Shown here: one piece after another, positions 11,798 through 21,632 of the stretch
Layout: each line of letters starts with the position of its first letter
Numbering within the stretch: the stretch's first letter is position 1
NCBI GenBank assembly: GCA_963849325.1
Contig: CAWKHF010000001.1
Coordinates: 288,001-352,000 of the forward strand
DNA: 64,000 bases
Direction of reading: 5' to 3'
DNA from: an uncultured Planctomycetota bacterium
GTDB taxonomy: Bacteria > Planctomycetota > Planctomycetia > Gemmatales > Gemmataceae
The notes under the pieces: generated by a model
Databases searched by the model: none
Seen by the model: only the letters and a program-made list of their open reading frames with translations
What the model was told of the DNA's origin: nothing
Made by a program: the position numbers and the translations under genes

Positions 11798-12600
11798 ATG
11801 CATCGGGATTTGCGTGGGACTCGCATCCTGATTACGGGCGCGTCGAGCGGCATCGGCCGCTGCCTGGCGGAACAGGCGGCGCGCGCGGAGCGCGACTGGT
11901 TCTCGTCGCCCGCTCGGCCGACAAACTGCGGGAGTTGGCGACCAATCTCGGCTCCGGCGGAACGGAAGTGCTGGCGCTTCCCGGCGACGTGACCAGCGAG
12001 GCGGATCGGCAGGGCGTCCTCGCCGCCGCCGTGGAACGCTTCGACGGACTGGACGTGCTCGTCAACAACGCCGGCGTTGGCAGCTGGGGGCACTTCGCCG
12101 AAGGCTCGGAAGAGATCCTGCGCAAGGTCATGGAGGTCAACTTCTTCGCCCCGGCCGAGTTGATTCGCCTGGCCGTGCCGGTGCTGCGCAAGGGTCGCCA
12201 GCCGGCCATCGTCAACATCGCCTCGATGTGCGGCCGGCGCGGCATGCCGGCCTGGAGCGAGTATTCCGCCAGCAAGTTCGCCCTGTGCGGCCTGACCGAA
12301 GCCCTGCGCGGCGAGATGGTGCGCTTCGCCATCGACGTCCTGCTCGTGGTGCCCGGCCTGACGCGCAGCGACCTAGGCCGGCACCTGCTGCGCAACACCG
12401 GCCGTTATCCGATCGATTTCGGCAAAGGCATGGCGCCGGAAAAAGTCGCCGCCGGCATCCTGCGTGCATTGACGAAGAATCGAACCGAGACGGTCCTGGG
12501 TTGGGATGCGTGCTGGATGCTCCGCGTCAATCGGTTTCTCCCGCGCCTGGTGGACGCCATCCTGGCCCGACAGGTCCGGCGGTTGTACGCCTCGGCATGA
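11798..12600 (+). CDS. SDR-family oxidoreductase (frameshift near 11890)
   Basis: ITGASSGIG, VNNAG, YSASK catalytic motif. Confidence 0.9.
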
Positions 12601-12625
12601 CGCCCGTAGCAGAGAGGATGAATGG

Positions 12626-14706
12626 ATGTGTGGTATCGCGGGGATCGTGGACCTATCGGGCGAGGGGCGGCCAGCCCCGACGACGCCCTCCGTGCCATGG
12701 CCGAGGCGATCGACCACCGCGGGCCGGACGAGGACGGCTTTCTGGAACGGCCCGGCCTGGCGTTCGCCTCGCGCCGCCTGAGCATCGTCGGCCTGGCCGA
12801 CGGCCGGCAGCCGATCCACAACGAGGACGGCTCCGTCTCCGTCGTCTTCAACGGCGAACTGTTCGACTATCCCGAGGGACGCGCCGAGCTGGAAGGGCGC
12901 GGCCACCGCTTCCCCACCCACTGCGACACCGAGCTGATTCCGCACCGCTGGGAAGACCACCAGGAAGACATCTTTCCCCACCTGCGCGGCCAGTTCGCCT
13001 TCGCCCTGTGGGACGCTCGGCTGCGCCGCGTCATCTTGGCCCGCGACCGCTTCGGCATCTGCCCGCTGTACTGGACACGGCAGACCGTGCAAGGCGGCGA
13101 ATGGCTGCTGTTCGCCTCGGAGATCAAGGCGCTGCTGGCCTCGGGTATGGTCGCGGCCCGGCCCGACCCGCGCGGCATCAATCACCTCTTCACCTTCTTC
13201 GCCCTGCCCGGCCCGGTCACCTGCTTCGAGGGCGTGCAACTGCTGCCCCCCGGCCATTACCTGCGCGTCCAGCTCGGCGCCGCCGGCGAGGCCGCTCGCG
13301 TCAGCGAGCGCATCTACTGGCAGATCGATTTCCCCGACCGGGGGCAGGAAGATTACTCGCGCGACGACAAGCAGCTCGCCGACGAGTTCGAGGAGGTGCT
13401 GATGGACGCGGTGACGCGCCGGCTGCGGGCCGACGTGCCGGTCGTGTCGTACCTGTCCGGCGGCGTCGATTCGAGCGTCGTGGTGGCCCTGGCCAGCCAT
13501 GTGCGCGGCACGCCGATCCCGACGTTCACCATCCGCATCACTCGGCCCGACCTCGACGAGACTGCCGAGGCCGCCCTGGTGGCCCGCCACGTCGGCGTCG
13601 AGCCGGTCGTCGTGGATTGCGGCCCCGACGAGGTGCTGGACAACTACCCGACCCTGATCCGCGCCGCCGAGGGGCCGGTGATCGATACCTCGTGCGCCGC
13701 CCTGCTGATGCTGGCCCGCGAGGTCCACCGCCGCGGCTACAAGGTGGCCCTGACCGGCGAAGGCGCCGACGAATGGCTGGCCGGCTATCCCTGGCACAAG
13801 GTCCACCGGCTGCTCGGCTGGCTCGACGTCGTTCCCGGCCTGCCGCTCAGCCAGATGGCGCGCCGCGCCTTCGTCCGCCTGACGGGGGCGCCGACTTTCT
13901 CCTGGACGTATGCACGGCGAGCGCAGGCGGCGGTCGGCGGACACAACGGCTGGCTGGACATCTACGGCCTGATGAGCATGTCCAAGCTGCGCTTCTTCAG
14001 CGTCGATGCTGCAAGTCGCCCAGGATCGCCCTCCTACGAGGACCTGGGCTTCGACCTCGATCGCATGCGCCGCTGGCATCCGCTCAACCGCGAGCTGGCC
14101 GTCGGCGCTCGCATCCAGCTGCCCGGCCTGCTGCTGGCCGCCAAGGGCGACCGCGTGGCGATGAACTCCTCGGTCGAGACGCGCTATCCGTTCCTCGACG
14201 AGGAGGTGTTCGATTTCCTCGCCCGCGTGCCGCCGCGCTGGAAGCTGCGCGGCCTGCGCGACAAGGTGCTGCTGCGCCGCGTGGCCGAGCGCTGGCTGCC
14301 GCGTCCATCGCCTGGCGGCGCAAGGCCATGTTCCGCGCTCCCTTCGACAGCTTCCACCTGGAGCACGCCCCGCGTTCGTCGACCAACTGCTCAGCCCCGA
14401 ATCGCTGCGGCGCACCGGCTATTTCGACCGGAGGCGGTCGAGCATTGGCGGACGGCCTTCCGCGACCTGCGGCGGCGGACGCCGCAGCGAGCGTCGGTCG
14501 AGATGGGCCTGGTCGGCGTGCTGGCCACGCAGCTGTGGCACCAGACGTTCATCGACGGCAGCCTGGCCGACCTGCCGTCGCTGGCTCACAAAAAGCGATC
14601 AGCGATCAGCGATCAGCGGTCAGCGATCAGCGGTCAGCAATCAGCCGTCGGGCAGGAAAACGGCAACGGTTCGCAGTCAACAAAGGTGCGTTTGGCTGAT
14701 CGCTGA
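12626..14706 (+). CDS. asnB: Asparagine synthase (glutamine-hydrolysing)-family amidotransferase (frameshifted)
   Basis: MCGIAGI N-terminus, HRGPD, RRLSIV, FNGE, LARDRFGI, YLSGGVDSS, LTGEGADE, ETRYPFLD. Confidence 0.88.
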
Positions 14707-14720
14707 TCGCTGATCGCTTT
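14592..14720. repeat. Inverted heptamer tandem repeat (AGCGATC)n...(GCTGATC)n overlapping the asnB 3' end
   Basis: Seven imperfect units on the left arm and about three on the right; translated as SAISDQRSAISGQQSA. Confidence 0.9.
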
Positions 14721-14729
14721 GAGGGCAAC

Positions 14730-15852
14730 ATGGCGTCGTACTCGCTGGCAACCCTGTGGTACGAACGGCAGCGCTACCTGCCGGGCGTGCTGGCGGTGGC
14801 GTTCAGCGCCCTGCTCATCGCCTTGCAGTGCGGCCTGCTGCTGGGGTTGTTCTCGATCACGTCCATCCCCATCGACCACACCCGCGCCGACGTGTGGATG
14901 GGCGCTCCGCAGGTGCTGTCCGTCGATCTGGGCCGGCCGATCCGGAGACCGCCCTGGCCCGCATGGGCGTGCAGCCGGAGGTCGAGCGCTGCGAGATCTA
15001 CCTGCAAGGGTTCGCCTTCTGGTCCAAGCCCAGCGGCGGCAACGAGCTGTGCATGGTCATCGGCTCGCGTCTCAGCCCCGACTCGCTGGGCAAGATCGAT
15101 CAGCTGACGCCGGGGCAGTGCGGCCTGCTCGCCGAGGAAGGGACCGTCGTCATCGACGAGTCGGACGTGGACCGGCTGGGCGTCAAGGGCGTCGGCTCGG
15201 TGGCGGAGATCTCCGGTCATCCGGTTCGGGTCGTCGGCCTCACGCACGGACTCAAGAGCCTGGCCGGGCCCTACGTGTTCTGCTCGGTGCCGACGGCCCG
15301 GCAGCGGTTGCCGGTGCAGCCGGGCAGACGACGACCTACGTGCTGGGCCGCTGCCGCAATCCGGAGGACGCCCCGAAGGTGGTCGATCGTCTGCGGCAAT
15401 ACTCGGACGTGTCGGCGTTCACGGCCCGCGAGTTCTCACGGCGGACGCAACTGCACTGGTTGACCAAGACCAAGGCCGGCGTCGCCCTGGGCTACGCCGC
15501 GGCGCTGGGCCTGCTGGTCGGCGCCGTCGTCACCAGTCAGACGCTGTACGCCGCCACGGTGGCGTCGCTGCGCGAGTACGCCGTGCTGCGGGCGCTGGGC
15601 ATTCCGCGCTGGCGCATGGCGTTTATGGTGGTGTCTCAGTCGTTCTGGATTGGTATCATTGGCGTAGTGCTGGCGGTGCCGGCGGTGTACGGCCTGGCCT
15701 GGGCAGCCGACCACTTCATGGGCGTGCAATTGGCCCTGCCCTGGTGGTTGCAGACGGGAGCGGTCGCGGTGACGCTGGTCATGGCCCTGCTGTCGGGCCT
15801 GTTCGCCCTCCGTTCGCTGCGGCTGATCGAGCCGGCCATGCTGTTGCGTTAA
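14730..15852 (+). CDS. ABC exporter permease (DevC/FtsX-like, frameshifted)
   Basis: LAVAFSALLIALQCGLLLG, periplasmic part, then QTLYAATVASLREYAVLRALG and three C-terminal TM helices ending IEPAMLLR. Confidence 0.85.
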
Positions 15853-15875
15853 CGTCCTCGGAGGAACGGCTCGCG

Positions 15876-16616
15876 ATGATTGACGATTCGCTGTCAACGC
15901 CGGCCCTGCAAGGCGTCCACCTGTCGCGCAGCTTCGGCTCGGGCGAGACGAGAACGACCGTCCTGCACGACGTGTCGATCGAGTTGTTCAGCGGCCAGAT
16001 CGCGCTGCTGATGGGGCCGTCCGGCAGCGGCAAATCGACGTTGCTGGCCATCCTGTCGGGCCTGCTGCGGCCCGACGGCGGCCGGGTGCTGGCCCTGGGA
16101 CAGGACCTGTGGGCGATGTCCGACCAGGAACGCGAACGCTTCCGTCTGCGGCACTGCGGCTTCATCTTCCAGGGCTACAACCTGTTCGCCGCCCTGACGG
16201 CCCGGCAGCAGCTGGAGATGGTGGTCCGCTGGGGCGAGGGCGCCACGGCCGGCGATGCCCGCCGCCGTGCCGACGAGATGCTGGCCCTGCTGGGCCTGGC
16301 CAAGAAGTCCCATCTGCGGCCGTCCGAACTGTCCGGCGGCGAGAAGCAGCGCGTGGCCATCGGCCGCGCGCTCATCAAGGACCCGAACTTCTGCTTCGCC
16401 GACGAGCCGACCAGCGCCCTGGATTGGGCGCACGGCGAGCAGGTGATCGAACTGTTGCGCAACGCCGCCCACGACCGCGGCGCCACGGTCCTGGTCGTCG
16501 CCCACGACTCGCGCATCATCGAACACGTGGATCGCGTGGTACACATGGAAGACGGCCGTCTGCGGCGACAGGATGAACGAACGCCGCTCCTGGACAAGGT
16601 AAAGCAGGAGAGGTGA
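15876..16616 (+). CDS. ABC transporter ATP-binding protein (LolD/DevA-like)
   Basis: GPSGSGKST, LSGGEKQRVAI, ADEPTSALD, VAHD. Confidence 0.93.
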   Translation: MIDDSLSTPALQGVHLSRSFGSGETRTTVLHDVSIELFSGQIALLMGPSGSGKSTLLAILSGLLRPDGGRVLALGQDLWAMSDQERERFRLRHCGFIFQGYNLFAALTARQQLEMVVRWGEGATAGDARRRADEMLALLGLAKKSHLRPSELSGGEKQRVAIGRALIKDPNFCFADEPTSALDWAHGEQVIELLRNAAHDRGATVLVVAHDSRIIEHVDRVVHMEDGRLRRQDERTPLLDKVKQER

Positions 16617-16675
16617 CCATGAACCGGCAAGCCGTGGATTCTCCCTCCGCCCGAAATTCCCGCGAGGTGGACCTC

Positions 16676-17781
16676 ATGGAATCAACCCATCCGTCCGCGC
16701 CGCCGCGGCACTGGCGGATCGCCCTGCCCGTCTCGCTGGGTGTCGTCCTGCTGTTGGCCTCGCTGGTGATCGCGGCCGTCAGTCTGCGTTCCCATGCCCA
16801 CGACAGCGCGTCGCCGTCGGACGCGACGCCGGCCCCGGCGGACAATCAGCGCTGGATGTCGCTGGGCTTGGTGTACGTCGAGGGTGGACTAACGAAGATT
16901 TACCCGCTCCAGCAAGGGCGAATCAAGAGCATCGAGGCCGTCGAGAACGAGCCGGTCGAGGCCGTGCGCCTCTGCTTCACCTGGAGGACACGATGCCGGC
17001 CCTGAAGTTGAGTCAGGCCCGGATCGCTCGGGATGCCGCCCGTGAGAAAGTGGTCGCGGCCGAGGCGAAGGTGCAGCAACTGGAGGAGCAAATCGCCGCC
17101 CAGCAAGAGGCCATCGCGGCCGCGATGGTGGACCTCCGCCGCGCCCGCTTCAATCGAGACCGGGAGAAGCGGTTCGAGAGCGACGTTGGGGGCAAGAGCA
17201 CAAGGGAGAGTTCCCAGACGGTTAAGGATCTCGACTTCCTCGTCGAGAAGGCCGAAGTGGGAGTACGGGCCGAGCAGAAGAAGCTCGCCGCCCTGCAAGC
17301 CGGTCGGGCCGAGGCGGAGTCCGGCGTCAAGCTGTATCGCATGGACGTCGAGGCCAAGAAGATCCAGGAGCGTGAGGCCCAGAAAGGCGTGGACGAGTGC
17401 GTCGTCCGTGCCCCTTACGCCGGCACGCCGCTGCGCGTACACGTCAGTGCCGGCGATGTGCTGGGCGCCAACCCTCATCAGCCGGCCATCGAGTTCGCCC
17501 CGAATCGGCCGCTGCTGGTGCGCGCCGAGGTCGAACAGGAGTTCGTCGGCCGCATCCACAAGGGCCAGGCCGTCACCATCGCCGACCACGTCACCGGCCA
17601 GGAATGCGCGCGCGGCACCGTGGCGAGCATTGCCCGCTGGTACGCCCCACGGCGTTCGTCTTCCTCTCAACTGATGCAGCTGGGCAACGACGTGCGGACC
17701 CTCGAATGCGTCATCAAGATCGACTCCACCGCGCAGGAGCTGCGCATCGGACAGCGCGTTCGCGTCGAGTTCCCGCAGTGA
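16676..17781 (+). CDS. HlyD/DevB-type periplasmic adaptor (frameshift near 16970)
   Basis: N-terminal TM helix, lipoyl-like GRIKSIEAVENEPV, coiled coil, VRAPYAG, LRIGQRVRV. Confidence 0.8.
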
Positions 17782-17979
17782 TCCCTTCGCCGCCGCGCGA
17801 AGAGTCGTTGTAGGGTTCGATGCGCCCCCACAACGTCGCTCCGCAAAGATCTTCGTCGAAATCCATTCGCCTTCTGTCACATTCCATCGAATCGCGGAAC
17901 AAGAGGGTGAGAAGGCAAGAGGAACGGAAGACGGCTCTTCCGACACCTCTTCCTTCTTTCCCGAACCCCGAGTTCCGCG

Positions 17980-18804
17980 ATGTTGCCGGCCATCGGCTAT
18001 TCCCTGCGTGAAGAGAATCGTCCCTGGATGGACGAAGCCGCCTGGGACGGTGTCGAGATTGACTTTCAGCGTGCCAGCAATCCGCTGCGACGGACGCCGT
18101 ATCTCGAAGGCTCGTCGTTCCGTTATGTCAGCCTGCACACGCTCGATCTCTCGGTCGCCAGCCCGGAACCGCCCGCTCCGGTTTACCTCGACGCCCTCCT
18201 GAGCGTGGCGCGGGAAAACAACGCCGTCGCCATCACCGATCATCTGGGCTTCACGCACGGCAAGCCGGGAGGGGCCAGCATCGGCCACGTCACCGCGCCG
18301 CCCTGCACGCCCGCCGCCCTGGATGCCGTTTGCCGGAACATCGACCACATTCAACGGCATTTCGGCGACGTGGCGTTTTACCTGGAGAACCTGGCTCATT
18401 TCTTTGTGTGGCACGGCTCGATGAGCGAGGCCGACTTTTTCGGCCAGGTGCTGGAGCGAACCGGCTGCGGTCTCCTGCTGGATGTCACCAACGCCTATGC
18501 CAACGCCCGGAACTTCGGACACGACGCGCGAGCGTTCCTTGACGGTGTGGTCCCCCGCGCTGGCCGCATGCAGATGCACCTGGCGGGCGGTTTCACCGAC
18601 GCTCGAACCGGCCGCTACGTGGATAGCCATTCGCAGCCGATCCCCGAGTCCGTGTGGGAGCTGTATCGCCACGCCCTCACGCTGGGACGAGGCAAGGTGG
18701 ACGCGGTTTTCATCGAACGCGACTGGAACGCTCCCGACGAGGCCGGCTGGCGTCAGGAGGTGCGACAAGCTCGGCGGATCGCTCGGGAAGTGGAGGCCTC
18801 GTGA
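17980..18804 (+). CDS. DUF692 / multinuclear non-heme iron oxidative enzyme (MNIO; MbnB/TglH/ChrH family)
   Basis: Metal-ligand motifs in family order: LHTLDLS, TDHLGF, YLENL, LLLDVTNAYANARN, QMHLAGG, VDSHSQPIP, FIERD. Confidence 0.9.
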   Translation: MLPAIGYSLREENRPWMDEAAWDGVEIDFQRASNPLRRTPYLEGSSFRYVSLHTLDLSVASPEPPAPVYLDALLSVARENNAVAITDHLGFTHGKPGGASIGHVTAPPCTPAALDAVCRNIDHIQRHFGDVAFYLENLAHFFVWHGSMSEADFFGQVLERTGCGLLLDVTNAYANARNFGHDARAFLDGVVPRAGRMQMHLAGGFTDARTGRYVDSHSQPIPESVWELYRHALTLGRGKVDAVFIERDWNAPDEAGWRQEVRQARRIAREVEAS

Positions 18805-19535
18805 TGAAAGCTCCCCAAGCGAGCGTGGGTTATCACGAGCAACTCCACGACTGGGTCGAGGCGCTGACGACGGGCGACATCCGCGCGGTGTGCGACGCCC
18901 TGGCCGAAGGAGAAGCCGACGACGTGCGCCGGTTCCTGGACAACAGCGTCGGCGAACGGCGCAAGCTGCTGCGGCAAGAACTGGCCTTGGTGGCCCTGGC
19001 ATTTGATGACTTTGACGACCTTGTTTGTGACTATATGCGAGCGGTGCCGCAGACGGCCTACGATCCCGCTTGCAGCGATCGACAGCGGTTCTTGTGCTGG
19101 CTGCGACGAGTCCGGCCGTTGACGGCCATGCAGGGCGATTTCGTCGCCTACCAGGAAGCGGAGTACGCCGTCGCGGCATTGGCCCGCACGCAGCGTCCGC
19201 GGCACCTGGCCTTTCAGGGGATGGCAACGAAGGCCCGGCAGCAGGCAGCACGGCTCGACGCGGACGTTACCCTGCGGCTCCATCTGAATCCCATCCGGAT
19301 CGGAACGCGCCTGGCCCTGCCCGGCCGCGATTTCGGCGAGGTACTGTTCTTCGCCGCCGGCGACCGCGTGGCGAGCGTCGGGCTGGATTCAAGGATCCGG
19401 GAACTCGTGGACCTGCTCGAACCAGGCCCGCGCACTCTGGAGGAATGCACGAGCCGACTACGTCCCGTCAGCCGGGAGGAGTTGGCAATCCGGTGCCGCG
19501 ACCTCGCCGACAAGGGACTTGTGGCTTTCGCGTGA
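18804..19535 (+). CDS. Putative MNIO partner protein (DUF2063/RRE-like)
   Basis: TGATG overlap with the MNIO gene; helical N-terminal domain ending DFVAYQEAEY; C-terminal winged-helix/PqqD-like pattern (RELVDLL...TLEEC...EELAIRCRDLADKGLV). Confidence 0.6.
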   Translation: MKAPQASVGYHEQLHDWVEALTTGDIRAVCDALAEGEADDVRRFLDNSVGERRKLLRQELALVALAFDDFDDLVCDYMRAVPQTAYDPACSDRQRFLCWLRRVRPLTAMQGDFVAYQEAEYAVAALARTQRPRHLAFQGMATKARQQAARLDADVTLRLHLNPIRIGTRLALPGRDFGEVLFFAAGDRVASVGLDSRIRELVDLLEPGPRTLEECTSRLRPVSREELAIRCRDLADKGLVAFA

Positions 19536-19694
19536 TCAACCCCGCCGATGTTTTTCGCTCCTCGCGCATCGGGCGGGTTTATCCAAAGAGGAGCACCTGT
19601 CAGACTGTTTTCGCACCCCAGCCGATAAGTAAACCCGCCAACGGTTGGCGGAAGCATTGGCGAACGGTCGGAAACCAACAAAGGAGGACATATC

Positions 19695-19898
19695 ATGTCC
19701 CGTATCGACATCATTCGTGCGTGGAAGGACGAGGCTTATCGGCAGGGTCTGAGCGAGGCCCAGCGCGCCGCCCTGCCGGCCAATCCGGCCGGCATGAGCG
19801 AGTTGACCGAGGCCGAGGCGGCCGCGGTCGAAGGCAAACTCAGCTCCGCCTGTTGCAGCACCTGTCATTGCAGGGCCGCCGTCGTGGCGGTTCGCTAA
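19695..19898 (+). CDS. RiPP precursor with mersacidin/lichenicidin-type (class II lanthipeptide) leader and Cys-rich core
   Basis: Strong AAGGAGG RBS; leader IIRAWKDEAYRQGL...LPANPAG.SELTEAEAAAVEG; core KLSSACCSTCHCRAAVVAVR. Confidence 0.9.
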   Translation: MSRIDIIRAWKDEAYRQGLSEAQRAALPANPAGMSELTEAEAAAVEGKLSSACCSTCHCRAAVVAVR

Positions 19899-19912
19899 AC
19901 CGCCGTTCTCCG

Positions 19913-19948
19913 CGAGCGGGGAGTTGAGGCTCCCCGCTCGTTCGTTTT
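19913..19948 (+). terminator. Stem-loop with partial U-tract after the precursor gene
   Basis: CGAGCGGGGAG-TTGAGG-CTCCCCGCTCG followed by TTCGTTTT. Confidence 0.65.
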
Positions 19949-19984
19949 CCCTTTCTCATTCCTGGCTTCCCGAAGAAGGACTCG

Positions 19985-21583
19985 ATGGCCATGAACCCTT
20001 CATCTCCCGAACGCGGTGCCTTTGGGTTCCTGGAAGCGATCGAGCCATTGATCCGCCAGGGACGCCATCGTTTCCGCGACGAAGCGGAGGCGCTGGTCCG
20101 TCGCTATCCCGAGGCGCCCTTCGCCGTCTCCGCGATCGAGGAGACGTTGGCGACATCGCTCGAAGAGCAGCTCTTGACCGTACTCGGGCGCACCATGGTC
20201 CTGGAGCTGCAAGTGGCCCGCTTGCAGGGGTTGCTGTCCGGCGCGACCGCCGCGGAGCGTTTCGACAACTTCCTCTGTCGCTTGCGTCAGCCGGAGGTTG
20301 CCGCCGCTCTGCTCGAAGAATATCCCGTTCTGGCAAATCTGGTGACGCAAGGCATCGACGACTGGACCGCCTTCAGTCTGGAGTTCCTCCGACATCTGTG
20401 CGCGGACTGGCAGGCCATCCGCTCGTCGTTCCGGCCGGACGCCGAGCCTGGTCCGGTGATCGCCGTCGAGTTCGCCGGCGACCGCCACCGTGGCGGTCGA
20501 TCGGTGCTGATCGTGACCTTCCGCTCCGGTTGGCGATTGGTGTACAAGCCCAAGCCCCTGGCCGTCGAAGTGCATTTCCAACGACTGCTGGCCTGGCTCA
20601 ATGCGCACGGCGCTCACCCCGCCTTTCCGATGACGCCCGTCCTGGACCGAGGCGGACACGGCTGGGTCGCCTTCGTCGCCGCCTACGGCTGCAGCACCGA
20701 AGCGGAGATTCAGCGTTTCTACCAGCGGCAGGGCGCCTACCTGGCGCTTCTGTATGGACTGAGGGCAACCGACTTTCACCTGGAGAATGTGATCGCCGCG
20801 GGTGAGCAGCCGGTGCCGGTGGACTTGGAAGCTCTCTTCCATCACGGCCCGGCCGACGCGGCTGGCCAGCTGCACGCCGATTCCGTCCGAGGCGTGCGTT
20901 TTCTGCCGCACCGTAGCCTCGTTGCGGACACCGGCTCGTTCGTCGATTTCAGCTCCCTGGGAGCGACGGCCGGCCAGCTCTCGCCTTACGAGACACCCTG
21001 CTGGGAGGGGATGGGCACCGACGAGATGCGTGTGGTCCCGCGACGAATGGAGATGCCCGCCGCGCGCAATCGGCCGACCCTTCGCGGTCAAGAGATCAAC
21101 CTTTTCGATTATCGAGAAGAGTTGATCCACGGCTTCCAGGCCACGTATCGGATGCTGGAGACGCATCGCGAGGAACTGCTCGACGCGGGCGGCCCCATCG
21201 ACTCCTTTGCCCGGGACGAGGTGCGTTTTCTCGCGCGAACGACGCAGTGTTACGCCTTGCTGCTCCGTCAGAGCTATCATCCGGACTTGCTGCGCGACGG
21301 CCCGGCACGCAGCCGTTTCTTTCGGCAACTCGACCAGCGGGTGGCGCAATCGCCCTGGTTCGCGCGCCTCCGGGACGCCGAGGATGCCGACCTGTTGCGG
21401 CAGGACATTCCGCTGTTCACCACCCGTCCCGCTTCACGCGATCTGTGGACCAGTTCGGGAGAGCGGATCGTCGCGTTCTTCGAGCAAACCGGCGTGGAAC
21501 TGGTGCGCCAGCGTCTGCGACAACTGGGACCAGCGGACCTTCAACAGCAACTCACGATCATCCGGGCAACCTTCGCTCAGTGA
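19985..21583 (+). CDS. Stand-alone LanM-type dehydratase domain (DUF4135) lacking the LanC-like cyclase
   Basis: GDRHRGGRSV, LVYKPK, TDFHLENV, VDLEAL, RFLARTT, DIPLF; ends LQQQLTIIRATF where the LanM N-domain normally ends; next gene starts 50 bp later. Confidence 0.88.
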   Translation: MAMNPSSPERGAFGFLEAIEPLIRQGRHRFRDEAEALVRRYPEAPFAVSAIEETLATSLEEQLLTVLGRTMVLELQVARLQGLLSGATAAERFDNFLCRLRQPEVAAALLEEYPVLANLVTQGIDDWTAFSLEFLRHLCADWQAIRSSFRPDAEPGPVIAVEFAGDRHRGGRSVLIVTFRSGWRLVYKPKPLAVEVHFQRLLAWLNAHGAHPAFPMTPVLDRGGHGWVAFVAAYGCSTEAEIQRFYQRQGAYLALLYGLRATDFHLENVIAAGEQPVPVDLEALFHHGPADAAGQLHADSVRGVRFLPHRSLVADTGSFVDFSSLGATAGQLSPYETPCWEGMGTDEMRVVPRRMEMPAARNRPTLRGQEINLFDYREELIHGFQATYRMLETHREELLDAGGPIDSFARDEVRFLARTTQCYALLLRQSYHPDLLRDGPARSRFFRQLDQRVAQSPWFARLRDAEDADLLRQDIPLFTTRPASRDLWTSSGERIVAFFEQTGVELVRQRLRQLGPADLQQQLTIIRATFAQ

Positions 21584-21632
21584 TGACGAGCGGTCCCCGA
21601 TCAGCTTGTCGTTGGGATATCGAGGAACAACC

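Noticed and set aside
12626-14706. AsnB-like gene as a lasso peptide cyclase
   Set aside because: It keeps the full glutaminase domain with N-terminal Cys, and no lasso B protease or lasso-type precursor is visible
21207-21632. Hidden LanC cyclase or longer N-terminus of the transporter
   Set aside because: This stretch is the end of the dehydratase in another frame; the transporter has an RBS and ATG at 21633 and there is no room for a cyclase
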